Assembly (NCBI RefSeq): GCF_020740795.1
Contig: NC_067282.1
Coordinates: 17,961,172 to 18,025,171 of the forward strand
Length of the DNA stretch: 64,000 nucleotides
Source: Apus apus
Lineage: Eukaryota
Direction: 5' to 3'
Made by a program: the position numbers and the translations under genes. Shown one piece after another: positions 11,554-24,668 of this stretch (its first letter is position 1; every line of letters begins with the position of its first letter). The notes beneath the pieces are model-generated. The model was not told where the DNA came from, ran no database searches, and saw only the letters and a list, made by a program, of their open reading frames with translations.

Positions 11554-13405
11554 GTGTGTCAATATGGATTTTTCCTTATATTCTCACTCATTCCTTTGCA
11601 TAGTTAATACTTCTTAAAACAGAAAAGTTTGCACCATGGTAGTTATGTGCTGTTATTCCATCTTATCACAGGACTCACGCAGCTACAGTTTTAAGAAAAT
11701 AACTTGTTAAAGTGAATGAAGCTCAAACCCAACCAGATAATAGATGAGGAGGGCTAGTGTATTCTCCTGGCTGTAAAACTATGTGATTTTAATTTAGCTT
11801 TTTTAAAAAAACACCTGAGGCTTCACAATATTTGGGTTTGGGGCTTTTCTATTTTTTTTTTTTTTTTTAATTTGAGACAGCTGCAAGGCTGCCCTCAACT
11901 CGGGGCAACAGGGTTGCTGGGCAAGTGGATTTCTGTTGAAACATTTTAGAAAGTTTTCTGACCTGGTATTTTAAAGGAGCTTTGCAAAGGTGAACTAATG
12001 TGGATATTTTAAAAGGACAGAATAAAGTGGAAATGAAAGATAACATTCTGTGCCAGTCCTGTTTTCTTCTATGGAGATTGTCCTGTAGTTACCTTTAAAG
12101 AACCATAACTTGCAAATGTCAGTCTTCGCTTTTTACGTAGTTTTGTTCAGTGCACACTGAGGTTTGAAAATGGTTTTCTTTGAAGGGGTTTTTGAAATAA
12201 AGCTATATGATGTTATATTAAACTTTAATAAATTACCAGTGAAGAAATACTACAGGAAATAGCCTGAAGATGTCTTTGAAGTATCTTGAGTTTGAGGTCA
12301 TAAGTAATATTTTGATGATAGTCACTTCTTCTGTTGACAGAATAATTTCTTTTTTTGGAGAAAGTTGTTGAGAATGAGGTCATGTGAAAACCCACATCTT
12401 TTGACTTCCTAGTCTAACTGCTACTTTTGTTTCATAAGTTTTTTTTCAGACTCCTTTATTTTCTGGTTGGTGATGACTAGATCCGATTCAGTGATGCAAT
12501 ATTGCCAGAGTATATCCATGCCTTGAGTTTTGGAAGGATTTTTATTACTGTGTCATAGATGATACAGAAAACCCCAGAGTCAAGAGGGCACAGTGTAAAT
12601 TCCATTACATTTTTACCTGTTATGTCTCCTAGCATCCACTCAAAATTGAGTGGGAATAGTTGGCATGGGGAAGTACTCCTAACAAAGTTAACATCCAAGT
12701 CATTATAGAAGCTTTTTTTCCCTTTTTGTGCTCCTAGGAAGGAGACATAATTGGTCTGAGATGTTCAGATATATTAATTGAAAAATTGTTCTAGAGATGA
12801 AGGTGACAGCAAGCATCCTTAATTATCTCCATAGTGATGTGTTGAACTAGTAGTTCTCTCCCAGAGTGTGGACAGCACTTCCTTTTCACTTATACCAGGT
12901 CAGAGGTGGAACTATTTCAGGTTTTTTAACTCTTAAGCTTTAATTTCTCTCTAGTTTGTGTTTGTTCTCCTCACACTAGTGAGAAACCCTTTAGATTAGA
13001 GATGTTTGTGTGTTAAGTTGCTTTTGTGGCAGGGTAAACTGGTTGCCTAATAGTGATAGACTTACACAGCACCATCCCTGAGTTTTTGGGGATCCCCATC
13101 TGATTATGTTCGCATTTTGCTTTTAGCAAAATACCAGTACTTTAACACTAGCTTTAGTAGTGCCAGTAACAAAATGAGACATTCTGTAAATGTATTTGCT
13201 TTTGTACCAATTTTGTTATATTTTCTTGCATTAGCGTAATGCTGGGAGTTTATTGCATTGTTTTCATTTCTGTTGGTTTTCCCCAAATGATGTTCCTAAA
13301 TATTTTATCTACGTTGCAGTATTTCCATTCTTCAATCTTACATGTTTTCTTTCCTCTGTTTATTTTGCTTTTCCTTCGTGTACTGTTTTTTCATATGTTA
13401 TTTTT

Positions 13406-13421
13406 GTGTATGTGTGTGTGC
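13406..13421. repeat. (TG)n microsatellite
   Basis: tgtgtatgtgtgtgtgtg. Confidence 0.9.
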
Positions 13422-13677
13422 AAGTAAATTGCATGGATCTGACAAAAAAAATTAGAATCCCTGTTTCAGGGATACTAGGGTGTAAATGTTCTCAGCATAA
13501 CTCAGTTGAGCTAAGTATTTTGGGTCTGGTTGCATCAATAGAGCTGCTCAGATTCTTACATAAATGATCAGTTACCCACATCAAGTGCCTCTTTATAAAA
13601 ATGGCAAATGACTGTATCACATCTTTGTTTTCTGGTCATATTAGCAACTATATATTAATTGACAAATCTTTCCTCAG

Positions 13678-13758
13678 GACAGCAAAACTATGGAAGATAT
13701 TGATGAAACTTTGAGCATAGCTGCTTGTAATCTTGGCCACTTACATGATGCAGATGAG
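13678..13758 (+). CDS. RNF17: RNF17 coding exon 6
   Basis: Acceptor tttcctcag|, donor gatgag|gtgggt. DSKTMEDIDETLSIAACNLGHLHDADE; matches the remembered mammalian RNF17 segment ...EEIDEAL... Confidence 0.75.
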
Positions 13759-15205
13759 GTGGGTGAAAATACGAAATATTAAAATCCTTGATTGAAGCTT
13801 TTTGTTTGTTGGGTTCTTTTTGTACAGTAACATGCTATTTAAACATGCTTTTACTGCCTTTTTTGGGGCATCTCTTCAGTTCTTGAACTGTTTGTGCTTG
13901 TTTCTGTAAGTATACAGGTTTAAACTCCAGGTTATAATGTGGAGTTTGCAGACTAAATTCTGTAAAGGAGTACATGAGCCTATGCATAAATTAAAATTAC
14001 TAGGTCAATCCATGTATTTAGCAGAACCATGTATAAGCCAGTCTTCAAGTACTAAGCTTGTGTTTACTTGGATCAGGGTAAAATTCAGCATTTGCTTTTG
14101 TTCTAGCAACTATGCTAGGTTTCTAGTTTCCACTTTCCTTTCCCTGGATTTAAAGATGGAAGAGAAATTATCTGGGCTACAGAAAACAATATGCAAAATA
14201 TGTAAATCTAGTAATGCATTTTTATGCATGGTATGAAGAAGGTGAAGAATCCTAAAACACTGGATAATGCTGTTATAGGTTTTACTGAGAAACCTGTGAA
14301 CTTCATAAATGATAATAATTATTTTATTTAAACTTTAACTCCTATTAAATATGCTGTGCAAAAGCTTGCACTTCTGTCTTTGCCATTAATTTATATTTTG
14401 TATGTATTCCAAGATAGCCAGAGAAGTGTTTAGTGATCCAAAAGCTTAAAGCAAATTCATTCTAGTAAGTGTGGTGTGAAGTGTCCTTAAAACCTCTTTT
14501 TCATTCCCTTTCTAACTTATTTTGTTGCTGTGACTGATCTGTCAGTTAAGCAAAGCTTTGTTAAATACCTGATTAGTAAGTGAACAGCACCATGCGAAAA
14601 CCTAGCCTTTCAGCAGCTCTTATGTAAGAACTCGAGCAGTCAGCCCTGGTCTTCCAACAACTTTTCAGCAAAGACTGCCAAAGCAGTGTTACATTACTGA
14701 GATATTTTTTTTTCCATAGTCTTTTCATTAAATGTAACTATAGTGACAAAACTGATGCTTAGCCAGAGGAAGAAGCTTTATTGTTTTACTTTATGCTCAC
14801 AAGTAGTTAAGAAAATGAAATCAGTGTTCTAGTTGTCTGTGAATGTCAAGTAAGGAAAGTGAGGTACTGGGGCCAAGATGTGTTTTTGCCTCATAGACCT
14901 AAAGACTTCAGTTGCTATGAGGATCCAGACAATGCAAGCTGAGCAGAAGTTAGAGAGAACAAAGGGCTAGGTTTTTTCCTTCATTGTATTATGTAGTTAT
15001 CCTCCAATCTGCTTTTTTTCTTTTTTACTTTTTTTTTAATACCAACTGCAGTGTGGTTTACTGTCATTTTCTGCTAGCCTATTGATTGCTTACTGTCCCT
15101 TGCTTCTGTTCTGAAGTAAGAAGAAAAATAATGTGGGAGTAATGGAATAATAATAATGAGTAATTAAATACTAAATGTATGTTGATTCAATTCTGAATTG
15201 AATAG

Positions 15206-15306
15206 GTGCTGAACCACTTGGAATTGAAAGTGAAGCAGGAAGGAGACAAAGTTGCAGAAACTGTAGATGGAATGTTTTATGAACTTATTAGTTCTCTACT
15301 GTCAAG
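15206..15306 (+). CDS. RNF17: RNF17 coding exon 7
   Basis: Acceptor gaattgaatag|, donor tcaag|gtagta. VLNHLELKVKQEGDKVAETVDGMFYELISSLLS. Confidence 0.75.
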
Positions 15307-16141
15307 GTAGTAATCTGGTTTCTAGGATGGGGGGACAAATTGTTTTTATCAAGAAGTTGTTTCTAGTTCAGATTAAAGAATTCTAGATAAAATTGCAGCC
15401 TTCCTTGTAGCAGTGCTTCTTAATACTTTTAATTTTTGTGCAGTATTTTTGTCCTTTCATAGTGGTATCTTGGAGCTGGTTTGCAAGGTTGGAAAACTCT
15501 AGCATATGCAGCCTCTGCTCATTAAAAAAACAAATTAAAACTCAACTTAGAATAGTCCTAATGCAGACAGTTTTCTGAATTAGCTAAATTATACGTGTTT
15601 TTTTATATTGTCACTAGTGGATGATCAGTTCAGCAGCAAGAATGACTTTTTTTTTAAATTTATTTTCTTTCTGCAAATTTTCAAGCTGATAGAAGCCCGA
15701 GGATGCTTTATTTCTTAATTTTCAAAAATACTGATATCTTCAGATTTAGGGAGCAGGAGGTGTCAAAGCTTAGGATTCCAGAAAAGCCTCTGAGAAGGAG
15801 ACGTGGTATCTTAGACTGAATTGTAAAATCCAACTGTTAAGCTTTTAGTTGGATGTGTATGGGGAAATCAGAAGGCTTGAAAGGCTTGAATGGAAGAGCT
15901 CTTTAAACACTTCATAGAGATATGTTTCTCCAAAATAAGTGGCTTTTTAGTGTGAACTCTAACTTTTGAGGTTCCTCCAATTATTAAGTGTCTTTTCCAT
16001 GCTTTTCACTATTTGAGAAAAATGTTCTTTGTGAGATGCATCCACTTTGTATTGTGGTATAGTAGTTGTGTGTTATATTTGAAGTATGAATCTCTGTGGC
16101 TAAGTGATTATTAAATTCAGATAAGTAATTTTTTCATACAG

Positions 16142-16313
16142 GAAAAAGAAGTTGTGTGCAGAGTTAGTGAAGAGCATCGAAGCCTACAGCACTAGTATTG
16201 CAAAAGCTAAGGAAGTCATTGAAGAGAAGAAAAAGTGCTTGATTGGTGCCATTAGGATTGCAAAAGAAATAAAAATTGCACCTTTTGTAAGAACCTATTG
16301 TGATCTTGCTCAG
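16142..16313 (+). CDS. RNF17: RNF17 coding exon 8 (coiled-coil region)
   Basis: Acceptor ttttttcatacag|, donor gctcag|gtagtt. KKKLCAELVKSIEAYSTSIAKAKEVIEEKKKCLIGAIRIAKEIKIAPFVRTYCDLAQ; the ...RTYCDL.Q motif is as in mammalian RNF17. Confidence 0.85.
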
Positions 16314-16626
16314 GTAGTTATATTCTTGCACTGTGGAAATAATTTTAATCTGTACATTCAAATTTGTATTGAAAGTTTCTGTGATCTGTCTTTCAGTTTG
16401 CTGACTTCAGTAGTGAGACTTCTGCAGTAAAGCATTCTTGTCCCACTTCCACACACACGCACCCAGTTTGTATTTGGGCTTGGTCACAAATGAGGGTCTA
16501 GTGGCTGACATGAAAAAAGAAAAGATGGTCCTTGCCTTGAAGAGCTTTCTTCTGAAACAGCAAATGCAGGTGGAGGACAGGAAAACAGTGGCATGGTACT
16601 ACTAATCAATGAAATAGCAGTGTTAT

Positions 16627-16840
16627 CACAGAATTTTTGGAGTTAGAAGGGACCTCAAAGATCATTGAGTTCCAACTCCTCTGTGGGGGCAGGACACCTC
16701 CCACTAGAACAGGCTGCTCAGAGCCCCATCCAGCTTCCCCTTGAACACCTCCAGGGATGGAGCCCCCCACATTTCAGCACTTTGGAAGTCTCTCAAGCCT
16801 TTCTGAGTCCAGAGCTCTCCGGCCATCTCGCTGAACTATA
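16627..16840 (-). mobile_element. CR1 3' fragment (minus orientation)
   Basis: cacagaatttttggagttagaagggacctcaaagatcattgagttccaac...ccatccagcttccccttgaacacctccagggatgg. Confidence 0.85.
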
Positions 16841-17101
16841 CCACCTTCTCAGTAGCTGTTTGTACAAAAGGAAAATCTGGTTCCTGCTTCTGTTTACATT
16901 ACAAAATCTCCAGTCATTAGGTCTTAGCAATCTAAGAAGGCATTGAGAATTGGCTGTTGGCTGTTAATGAGTAAACTCTTGGGGCTTTTCCTATAAAATT
17001 AGAGATTTTATACTCTGGCTTTGTCATATTGTAAATAACAGGGGCCTGTATAATACACTTTATTATAGAATAGAGTCTAAGGCTCTACTTCTTTATTTCA
17101 G

Positions 17102-17178
17102 GTTATGTATAATTTAAAGTTGCCAGTTGATGCTCAGCTCTCAACAGTGAATACTTTGAAGGAAGAAATATCTCCAAG
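17102..17178 (+). CDS. RNF17: RNF17 coding exon 9
   Basis: Acceptor cttctttatttcag|, donor ccaag|gtaaat. VMYNLKLPVDAQLSTVNTLKEEISP. Confidence 0.8.
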
Positions 17179-18072
17179 GTAAATGACTGAAGCAGGAGGT
17201 ATATTGGGAGGCAAATGGATGCACTGGTTATCTTAATTACAAGAAGTTTTCATGTAACAGTTAAACAGCAGAAATCAAGCTGCTTCTCTTGTATTATACT
17301 GAAAACGTGTTATTTCGGACGTGTATAAACTCATCACTAAACATGCACACAAGTCTTCATCTGAGCCACCAGGGAGAAGAAGAAAATTGTGTGCGCTATC
17401 TCAATAAATATATAAACATTTAAAAATTCTAGTCAGGCTTCTGCCACTTTTAAAATTTCTCTCCTTCCTTTAAAGGTAGAAATAAATTAAGGAAAGAATT
17501 ACCTTTTTTTAAAAAAAAAAAACTTTTTTTTTTTTTAATTATCCATTTCTCACCTTCAGGAAAGACTTAAATGCTTTTTGAGGCACTGATGACTTAAGGG
17601 GAAGTTTTGGAAAATCCCAGTTATCATAGTTCCCTAATAGGAAATGACAAATGCAGTTTCTATACCAGAAGTGAGCAAGAAAATGTGTCATGGCTGCGGT
17701 ACAGCTGACTATGCAGCTTGGTCATAAGGCTGGTCAGAGTACTGTATTCCTTATGTATAAAGGCCTCATTCAGGAACAATAAAGGAAGTACAGAATGAAG
17801 ACAGGGTTAGGTTGGAATATCTAGGCATCCTGTTTTATTTCAGGACGTGGAACTAGTCTGGGGGATGGAGTGGTGGTGTGCCATCAGCTTGTGACTGGCA
17901 CGGAGAAATGAAGCTCAACGTTGGTCACTTGTATGCAAAGTGTGAAAAATTACCATAAAATCATTCAGTTTGGAAAAGACACTTAAGATCTTGAATACAA
18001 CCGTTAACCTAACACAACCAGGTCCACCACTAAACTGTGTCCTCAAGGGCCATGTCTGTGTGTCTTTTAAAT

Positions 18073-18520
18073 CACAGAATGGTTTGGGTTTGAAGAGACC
18101 TTTAAAGGTCATCTAGTCCAACCCCTCTGCATTGAACAGGAACATCTTCAACTAGTTTACCAGGTGGCTCAGGCCCCTGTCCGACTTGATCTTAAATGTT
18201 TCCAGGGATGGGGCTCCTACCACCTCTTTGGGCAACCTGTGCCAGTGTTCCACCACCCTCAGTGTAAAATATTTCTTCCTTATATCTAGTCTGAATGTAC
18301 CCTCCTCTAGTTTAAAACTATAACCCATTGTCTTTTCATAACAGGCCCTATTAAAAAGTCTGTCCTTCTCTTAGAAGCCACCTTTAAGTGTTGAAAGGCG
18401 TTAGTAAGGTCTCCCTAGAGCCTTCTGTTTTCCAGGCTGAACAACCCCAGTTCAGCCACATGTCTCCAGGGATGGTGACTCAACCACTTCCCTGGACAGC
18501 CTGTTCCAATGCATGACAAA
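18073..18520 (-). mobile_element. CR1 3' fragment (minus orientation)
   Basis: cacagaatggtttgggtttgaagagacctttaaaggtcatctagtccaacccc...cagggatggggc...ttgggcaacctgtgccagtg. Confidence 0.85.
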
Positions 18521-19370
18521 TAAATTATGACTCCTCTCATATGTTGGTTGAGACACTAGAATATGGATAAAGGAACCCATAACATCAGATTTTAGTAAAC
18601 TCGGTGAATTGGTAGGTAGGGCCTGTTTTGCAGATAATGTCAGTGGAGAATGAGAATTTCAGAGAAGCCTCTTTAAATGCGCAATGGCAAAAACGTGATA
18701 AAACATAAAAGCTGAAATATTAAAAAATCAAATTTGGTTACATGGGAAGACTTCTTAAGCCTTCTTAAGGACTTGAACCGAAGAGGGGGAAAAGGAGTAC
18801 TGATGAAGGTTGTGTAGAAAGGCCTCACATGCTGTTTCTACTCTAAAATAACACTGACTGTGAAATAGCACAGCTAGAAACTGTTTAGGAATTGAGGCAT
18901 GTTCATAGAATACTGTAGAATGAAAGGGAGATTCCTGAAGAAACGGGACGGGAGAAAAGATGGGCTAGCTTACATTGGGAAAGGCAACAGCTGTTTATTA
19001 ATGTAACAATAAATAAAAATAATATACATTTTGGACTTCAGTTATGGTTTTGTTCTTCAGGACTGTTGGAGAATTCTTTTTCTTCATGTGAAGTAGTTGA
19101 ACTAAACTGAGTATAGGTGTGAAAATTCACTAAGAGAATTATGGAGTACTCTGTGCATGAGAGAGAGCAACAGGCCAGAGTTTTTAAGTAGGAATGTGAA
19201 GGTAAATGAGTAACCAGATCTATTAATAGGAGTGGAAGATTGAAACTGGAGTGGGTGGATTAGTCTCTTTACCCCTTCATTAATATTGTGCTGAAAAATA
19301 CATCTCAAACTTTTGGAGTGATTTAGGTATTCGTGTCACCTTCTGTAATATTTTTTTCTCTTCTCTTAAG

Positions 19371-19445
19371 GTTCTTCCTAGACATGGATGAGATTACATC
19401 TTTGTTTAAAAATCTGGGCAAGATTGAATGGGGAACAACAGGGCA
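19371..19445 (+). CDS. RNF17: RNF17 coding exon 10
   Basis: Acceptor tctcttctcttaag|, donor ggca|gtaagt. (R)FFLDMDEITSLFKNLGKIEWGTTG. Confidence 0.8.
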
Positions 19446-20502
19446 GTAAGTATTTATTCAGTAAAGAGGATAGGCACAGGAACTTACCTGTTTTTTCTAA
19501 TGGTTAAATATTTTTGGATATACAAAGATTAAAAAAAAAATCCGTATGCTTACGGGTTTCTGGGAGTATAATGAAACAAAGCAACACTTTAGATGCTGGT
19601 ATTTCAATGAGCACTCCAGTTAATCCAGTTAGTTTTTCAGTTCTGACATTTCCATTGTACTTGTATTTCACCCAACTATATTTCATACTATCACACAAAT
19701 TGTCAAGATTCTTTCATACTATGTGTTTTTTCAGTTGTGGCTGGCTTTTAATGATACAGTCATTCCAACCATTTAGGTTGGAAAAGAGCTGTAAAGCTAT
19801 CATTGCCAAGGCTACTACTGAGCACCACATCAAGACGTCCATGGTACAAGTATTAGAGATGTTTACAATTTCAGCATGAGAATATTACTTTATGTTAAAG
19901 TGTAAGTATATCTCTTAAAATCAAGAGCAAATACTGAAATTTACAGTATTTCCACTTAACAGTCTAAATACTGGTTGTGTCAAATGCCTGAAGAAATTAC
20001 TTGAGATGAACTTGAACCAGAAAAAAACCTTAACTTTCATTTTAAAAATTGTAATTGCCTTTTTTTGTTGTTAATTCCTTTTATTTAATTTTCCTCCCAG
20101 TCTTTGACGAAAGCAAGAAAATGGAAAGGAGTTGCTGTTAGGGACATTTTAGTTAGGATGGGTTGTTGCACACCTTAATATTTGAAAATCCTGCAGACTA
20201 CAGTGAAGAGTAGCAGTTAGAACAGAAGCCTTTTGTTTTTAACATGAGTTGTCTGTCACATTATTATCATTTTTTTTCAAATAGGTTGTATCTGAACCTG
20301 TGGTCTCTGACCATTTAAGCAGTGGCAGCTCTTGTACCGAGCTGTGTCCAAGTTGTAGGGTTCAGAAATCATGTTACTGTTTTTGTTGTCTTGGTATTCA
20401 AAACCAGTTTATTTCAGCCAGCTTTTGTGAAGTGTTTTCTTAACATCATGCTATGCTCTTAATAAAACCTCTGCTTTGACGTGTGTGCTTTTCTGAAAAC
20501 AG

Positions 20503-20828
20503 ATTGTATTATATTAATTTGACTCCAAATAAATATTTTCTCAAATATAGTGAAGGTGATGGACAACAACATAATCTTACTTTTGATGACAAAGAGAAAA
20601 TGCCAGGCTGCCATATTCAGTCATCTGTAGAGAATGTATTTCCAGCACTTAGCAGAGAAGGAAAAACACAGGTGCTTGCAAATAAACCTGGTGTTCACAA
20701 AGAAGTGAAAAATAGGCAAGTAGAAGAAACACTTCCTATGGTATGTCACCAGAGAATTCCTGCACTACGCAAGTTTCCAGCCAGCCCTGATGTCATAATA
20801 GAAGAGATATTTGAAGATGACATGGAAA
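20503..20828 (+). CDS. RNF17: RNF17 coding exon 11 (alternative in-frame acceptor at 20550|20551)
   Basis: Acceptor tgtgcttttctgaaaacag|, or ttttctcaaatatag| 48 nt downstream; both keep frame. Donor ggaaa|gtaagt (consensus). ...KMPGCHIQSSVENVFPALSREGKTQVLANKPGVHKEVKNRQVEETLPMVCHQRIPALRKFPASPDVIIEEIFEDDME. Confidence 0.8.
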
Positions 20829-21319
20829 GTAAGTTTCTTAATACCTGATGCTTTCAGTATTTCATTGTTGAGCATGATGTTATTTATGTGTTTTGTATTA
20901 CTTTGTGTGTTTGTATACTCTGCTTATATGAATTCTTTAACAATGTCTGAATTTCACTTTTATCTTCCTTTGAGCTAGTACTGTTGTGGTTTTTTTCCCC
21001 CCTTCCAGCTTATCTGAGTGAAAGACTTGTCACAAGTTCTCTCAAAGAGGGATGATAAGTTCCTGTGTCTGCCTGGATGATTCTCTTTGATTCTTAGTTA
21101 TTATGGCCATCCTGGGAGTTTCTGACATTGGCTTCTGGAGGATGCTTTTCTGGCAGTTCTGTTGGCTTCCTGAATCTTCTCCTAGGGCAGTGTCCTAAGC
21201 TAACTGTCAATAATGACTAGGTTCTTCAGGTTGTCAGGTTTTCCCTGGGCTTGATTAGTAAGAGCATAGCTGACAGGTCCAGGAGAAGTGATCCTTCTCC
21301 TCTGTTAGGCTCTTGTGAA

Positions 21320-21440
21320 TCTGAATCTGGAGTAGTGTGCCCAGTTTTGGAGCCTGGAGTAATCAAAGTCACTATCATACTGGAGCAAGTCTAGCAGATA
21401 GATGCTACCGGGCTGGTGTCCAGGAGGTAGGTTCTCAGGA
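21320..21440 (+). mobile_element. Possible short CR1-like fragment
   Basis: gtgcccagttttggagcctggagtaatcaaag...actggagcaagtctagcagatagatgctaccgggctggtgtccaggag resembles the CR1 ORF2 C-terminal coding segment. Confidence 0.35.
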
Positions 21441-24400
21441 CTTGGGCTGAAGGTGTTTGGAACATGGAAATTCCATTTAGATAATAGGGGCGGGTAGGCA
21501 GATACATCCCACAGAGTAATTAAGATACCCAGCTTTGGGGTGTTCAATGCCCACAGCATACCTAGAAAATCCCTGTGGTTAGTAATGCTGGGGGAGGATG
21601 AGGGACAGTAGGGATGGTGTATGAAAGTAACTGTGGTAGCATATACCTGTGATGAGGGTGAAATAAATTTTGGAGCTGGGGTACAACTGTTTGAAATAAC
21701 ATATTCCAGAATCCTGTTGAACTTCATAAAGCTCTTTTCAGAACATAATTCCTTCAAGCTGCAGTGTTCAGAGTATTGCACGTCCTGAATTAAAAAAATA
21801 AATAAAAAAATTGTTTTGTAGTTTTGGAATTAGCATGTGGGCTGACTATGTGCAGATATTTACTGTGTGTCCGTCTATTTCAGGCACATTGGATAGGAGA
21901 ATTTTGTTTTTGCAGTACCCTTGCAATACATGTAATTTCTCTTTACTGTGTTTGCTGCTTTACTACATACGTACGAAAACTAACCTAATTCATTGAATTT
22001 TTCTGCTAAAACAACAGAGTGTCCTACAGAATATCATGCTGATGAACAGAGGAAGAAACTCTTCAAGAGGGAAACCCCTTTTCAACACAAAGCTGGTTAG
22101 TGGTTTCCCTATCTGGTGAATGGTTCTGTTTGCTAGAAGGGATCCCATCCTCTAAACAGTGAGAGCAGACGTTGGAATTTGTTGGAGAGTTGGACATGTG
22201 TTAGCATTCTAGTTGAGATCAGGAATGTACTAAGAGACCTTACCGTGTGTTTGTTCACATGTAAGAGCAGACTTGGGGCACATTCATTCGTTTTCTTCCA
22301 GTTAAAACTAGTCTGGGAGGTGCTTACAGTGCAGATGTCATTAGCACCAGCAGCTTTGCTTTGCAAAAACACTTCCTGGTCTGCTGTCCTTGGTAATAAT
22401 GTAAAGACTGTACCATCTTTTTAAGATTTGCCATAAAACAGCTTAGCTGGAAAACACAAGAAGTCCCAAGCAGCTTCCAGAAATTCAACACTGGCAGTGT
22501 TTCCTAACACCTGGGAGGTGTTTCACGTATCAATAGCAGTGCTTGCTGTGAATATTGAGACCCATTTCTTAGGTCAGTAATTCTGTCTGTAGGCACAGCT
22601 TGTACACTGCTTTGAGCTTTGTTCACTGTTGAGTGTAAGTGAGAATAAAAAGAGAAGAGTAGGGGTTGCAGCATTGGGAGAGAAAGAAACTGACCTAAGA
22701 AGTTGACTAAGCAAGAAGCAGATGTGGAAAATACTGCTGCAAAAGATGGACACAAAATAATATTAGCAAAGAAATTTGCTTTTTTAATTGTTTGGGTCTT
22801 TGGTTGGTTTTTGGTTTTTTTTCTTTGTTGGTTTGTGATTTTTTTAACGTCCGAGTCATAAAACTTGCTTTCTCTTGACAGTTTCCTGTTCAATAACTAG
22901 AGAATTCACTGTCTGCTCTTAATGTGACTTAACAGAGTATTATAGAATTTGAGCGCTTTAAGTCCATAACAAATTCTGTGGAAATAAGTAGTTAGCAGAG
23001 AAATCTCCTGATGCCCATACTAAAAGTAGTGTGGTGTGGTAAGATGTCAAAGAACTTGCATTGAGGAACACCTCACAGCTGTCACAGTCCTGCCATATTT
23101 GAGCCTTCCCAGGCACTCGAGTATCTCTCGCAAATACACTCAGAGAGACAAGATCTTAAGAGATTACATGATCATAGAGTTACTTGATGTGCATGTTTGT
23201 TTAGTAGTATGCTAAAGTATGTATTTTGTACAATAGTGGATTTTTTTGATTATGGGAAATACAACTTTGCTATGAGTTTTTAATTCTAGTCAGGTTAGTT
23301 ATCACATGGATAATACTTAATAAATATCTCAAATTCTTTTCATGTAGATGTGGTTTGTTGGGATTCTTTTATTGAATTTAGTTTAAGAAACATTCTCAGT
23401 TTAAAGGCATCTCTTCTGGATCATTGTCTGGCTCCAGTGATCCAGAACCGGCCCAGCTCCTGTTCTGTTTTTGGCTTGAGGTATCAGCCTTCACTGATCC
23501 AGTGTAGTCATGATTAATACATGCTTTTCCTGGTCTACTTAAGACAAGGTAGCTGACTCATCAGGTCATTGGAGATGGTATCCATATGTGATACAGAAGA
23601 TTAAGTGTACATATAGCTGAAATCTTCCCAGTCATTCCGACTTTTTACTCAGATACCATCTTTTCCACTAGAAATGCCAAAAAAGAATCTTGCACCTGTT
23701 CTGGACACAGCGTTTGCTAAACTTCCAAGCGCAGGCCAGTAGATGCGCTTAGAATGTTTCGAGTGTCAGATTCTTTGTACCATCTTCTGTCCATGATCAG
23801 TTGTAGTTCAAAGATGGACACAGAGATGGCAGTGCTCTAGGATGCTGCAAGTATCTCTGTCTGCTCTGACTGCCCATGTCAGTCACACAGGTGGCATTGG
23901 ATCTAGATGAGGCTATCTGATCTTTGCCAGAAGTTTTGTGCTGTAAAATACTCTCAAGGAATTGAGTTGCTGGGCTTCTAAAACTTTCTGACCCATCTGC
24001 TACCTTTGGTGAGTAGCTTCAGAAAGCGAAACCTGCATTTTGGATTCTAAATCCAAAATACAAAGGTTATGGATGCAGAAGTACTGCCTTAGGTAGGGTC
24101 ATGTCTTGGCTAGCTCTAGGCCATTCCTTGATTTTCATGCATTATCACTGAGTAGCTATATGGAAGTGCTTATCATGTCAGTCTCTAATTTACTTACTAG
24201 AAGCTTCCCATTTCTATGTTAAACAGAGGGAATGCAAAGCCTGAAATAACTACTTTAATTCAGGGGACTACTTTGTAAGCAGACAGCCTTTTGTTTCACA
24301 GTGTAGTTCAAGGGAGGTAATTCCAAATAACTGGATTTAATCGGAAAGTGAACAAACTAATGTGAAAAAAGTGTGAGCAGACTAGTCAGATGAGAAGCTA

Positions 24401-24506
24401 TTTTAGGTAACGTTATGATTAATGCAACATAAGCCTGATTACATCTAATAATATCAGTTGGAGTCACTTGGAGAGTGTTTGATAATCTATTTTATGTCTT
24501 ACTCAG

Positions 24507-24668
24507 GTTCAGCAGAGCTAGTGTTTGTAAGCCATGTTATAAATCCATGCCACTTCTATGTTCAGAGATACTCACAGAAGAAAGAAGTAATGGTTTTGGA
24601 GAAGAAATTGAAAACCTTTTGCTGTAATAGGAGTTCTTACCTCTTGCCTTCAGACGTTTTGGAAATAG
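24507..24668 (+). CDS. RNF17: RNF17 coding exon 12 (start of Tudor domain 1)
   Basis: Acceptor tttatgtcttactcag|, donor aatag|gtaaat. [53 protein letters not shown]. Confidence 0.9.
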
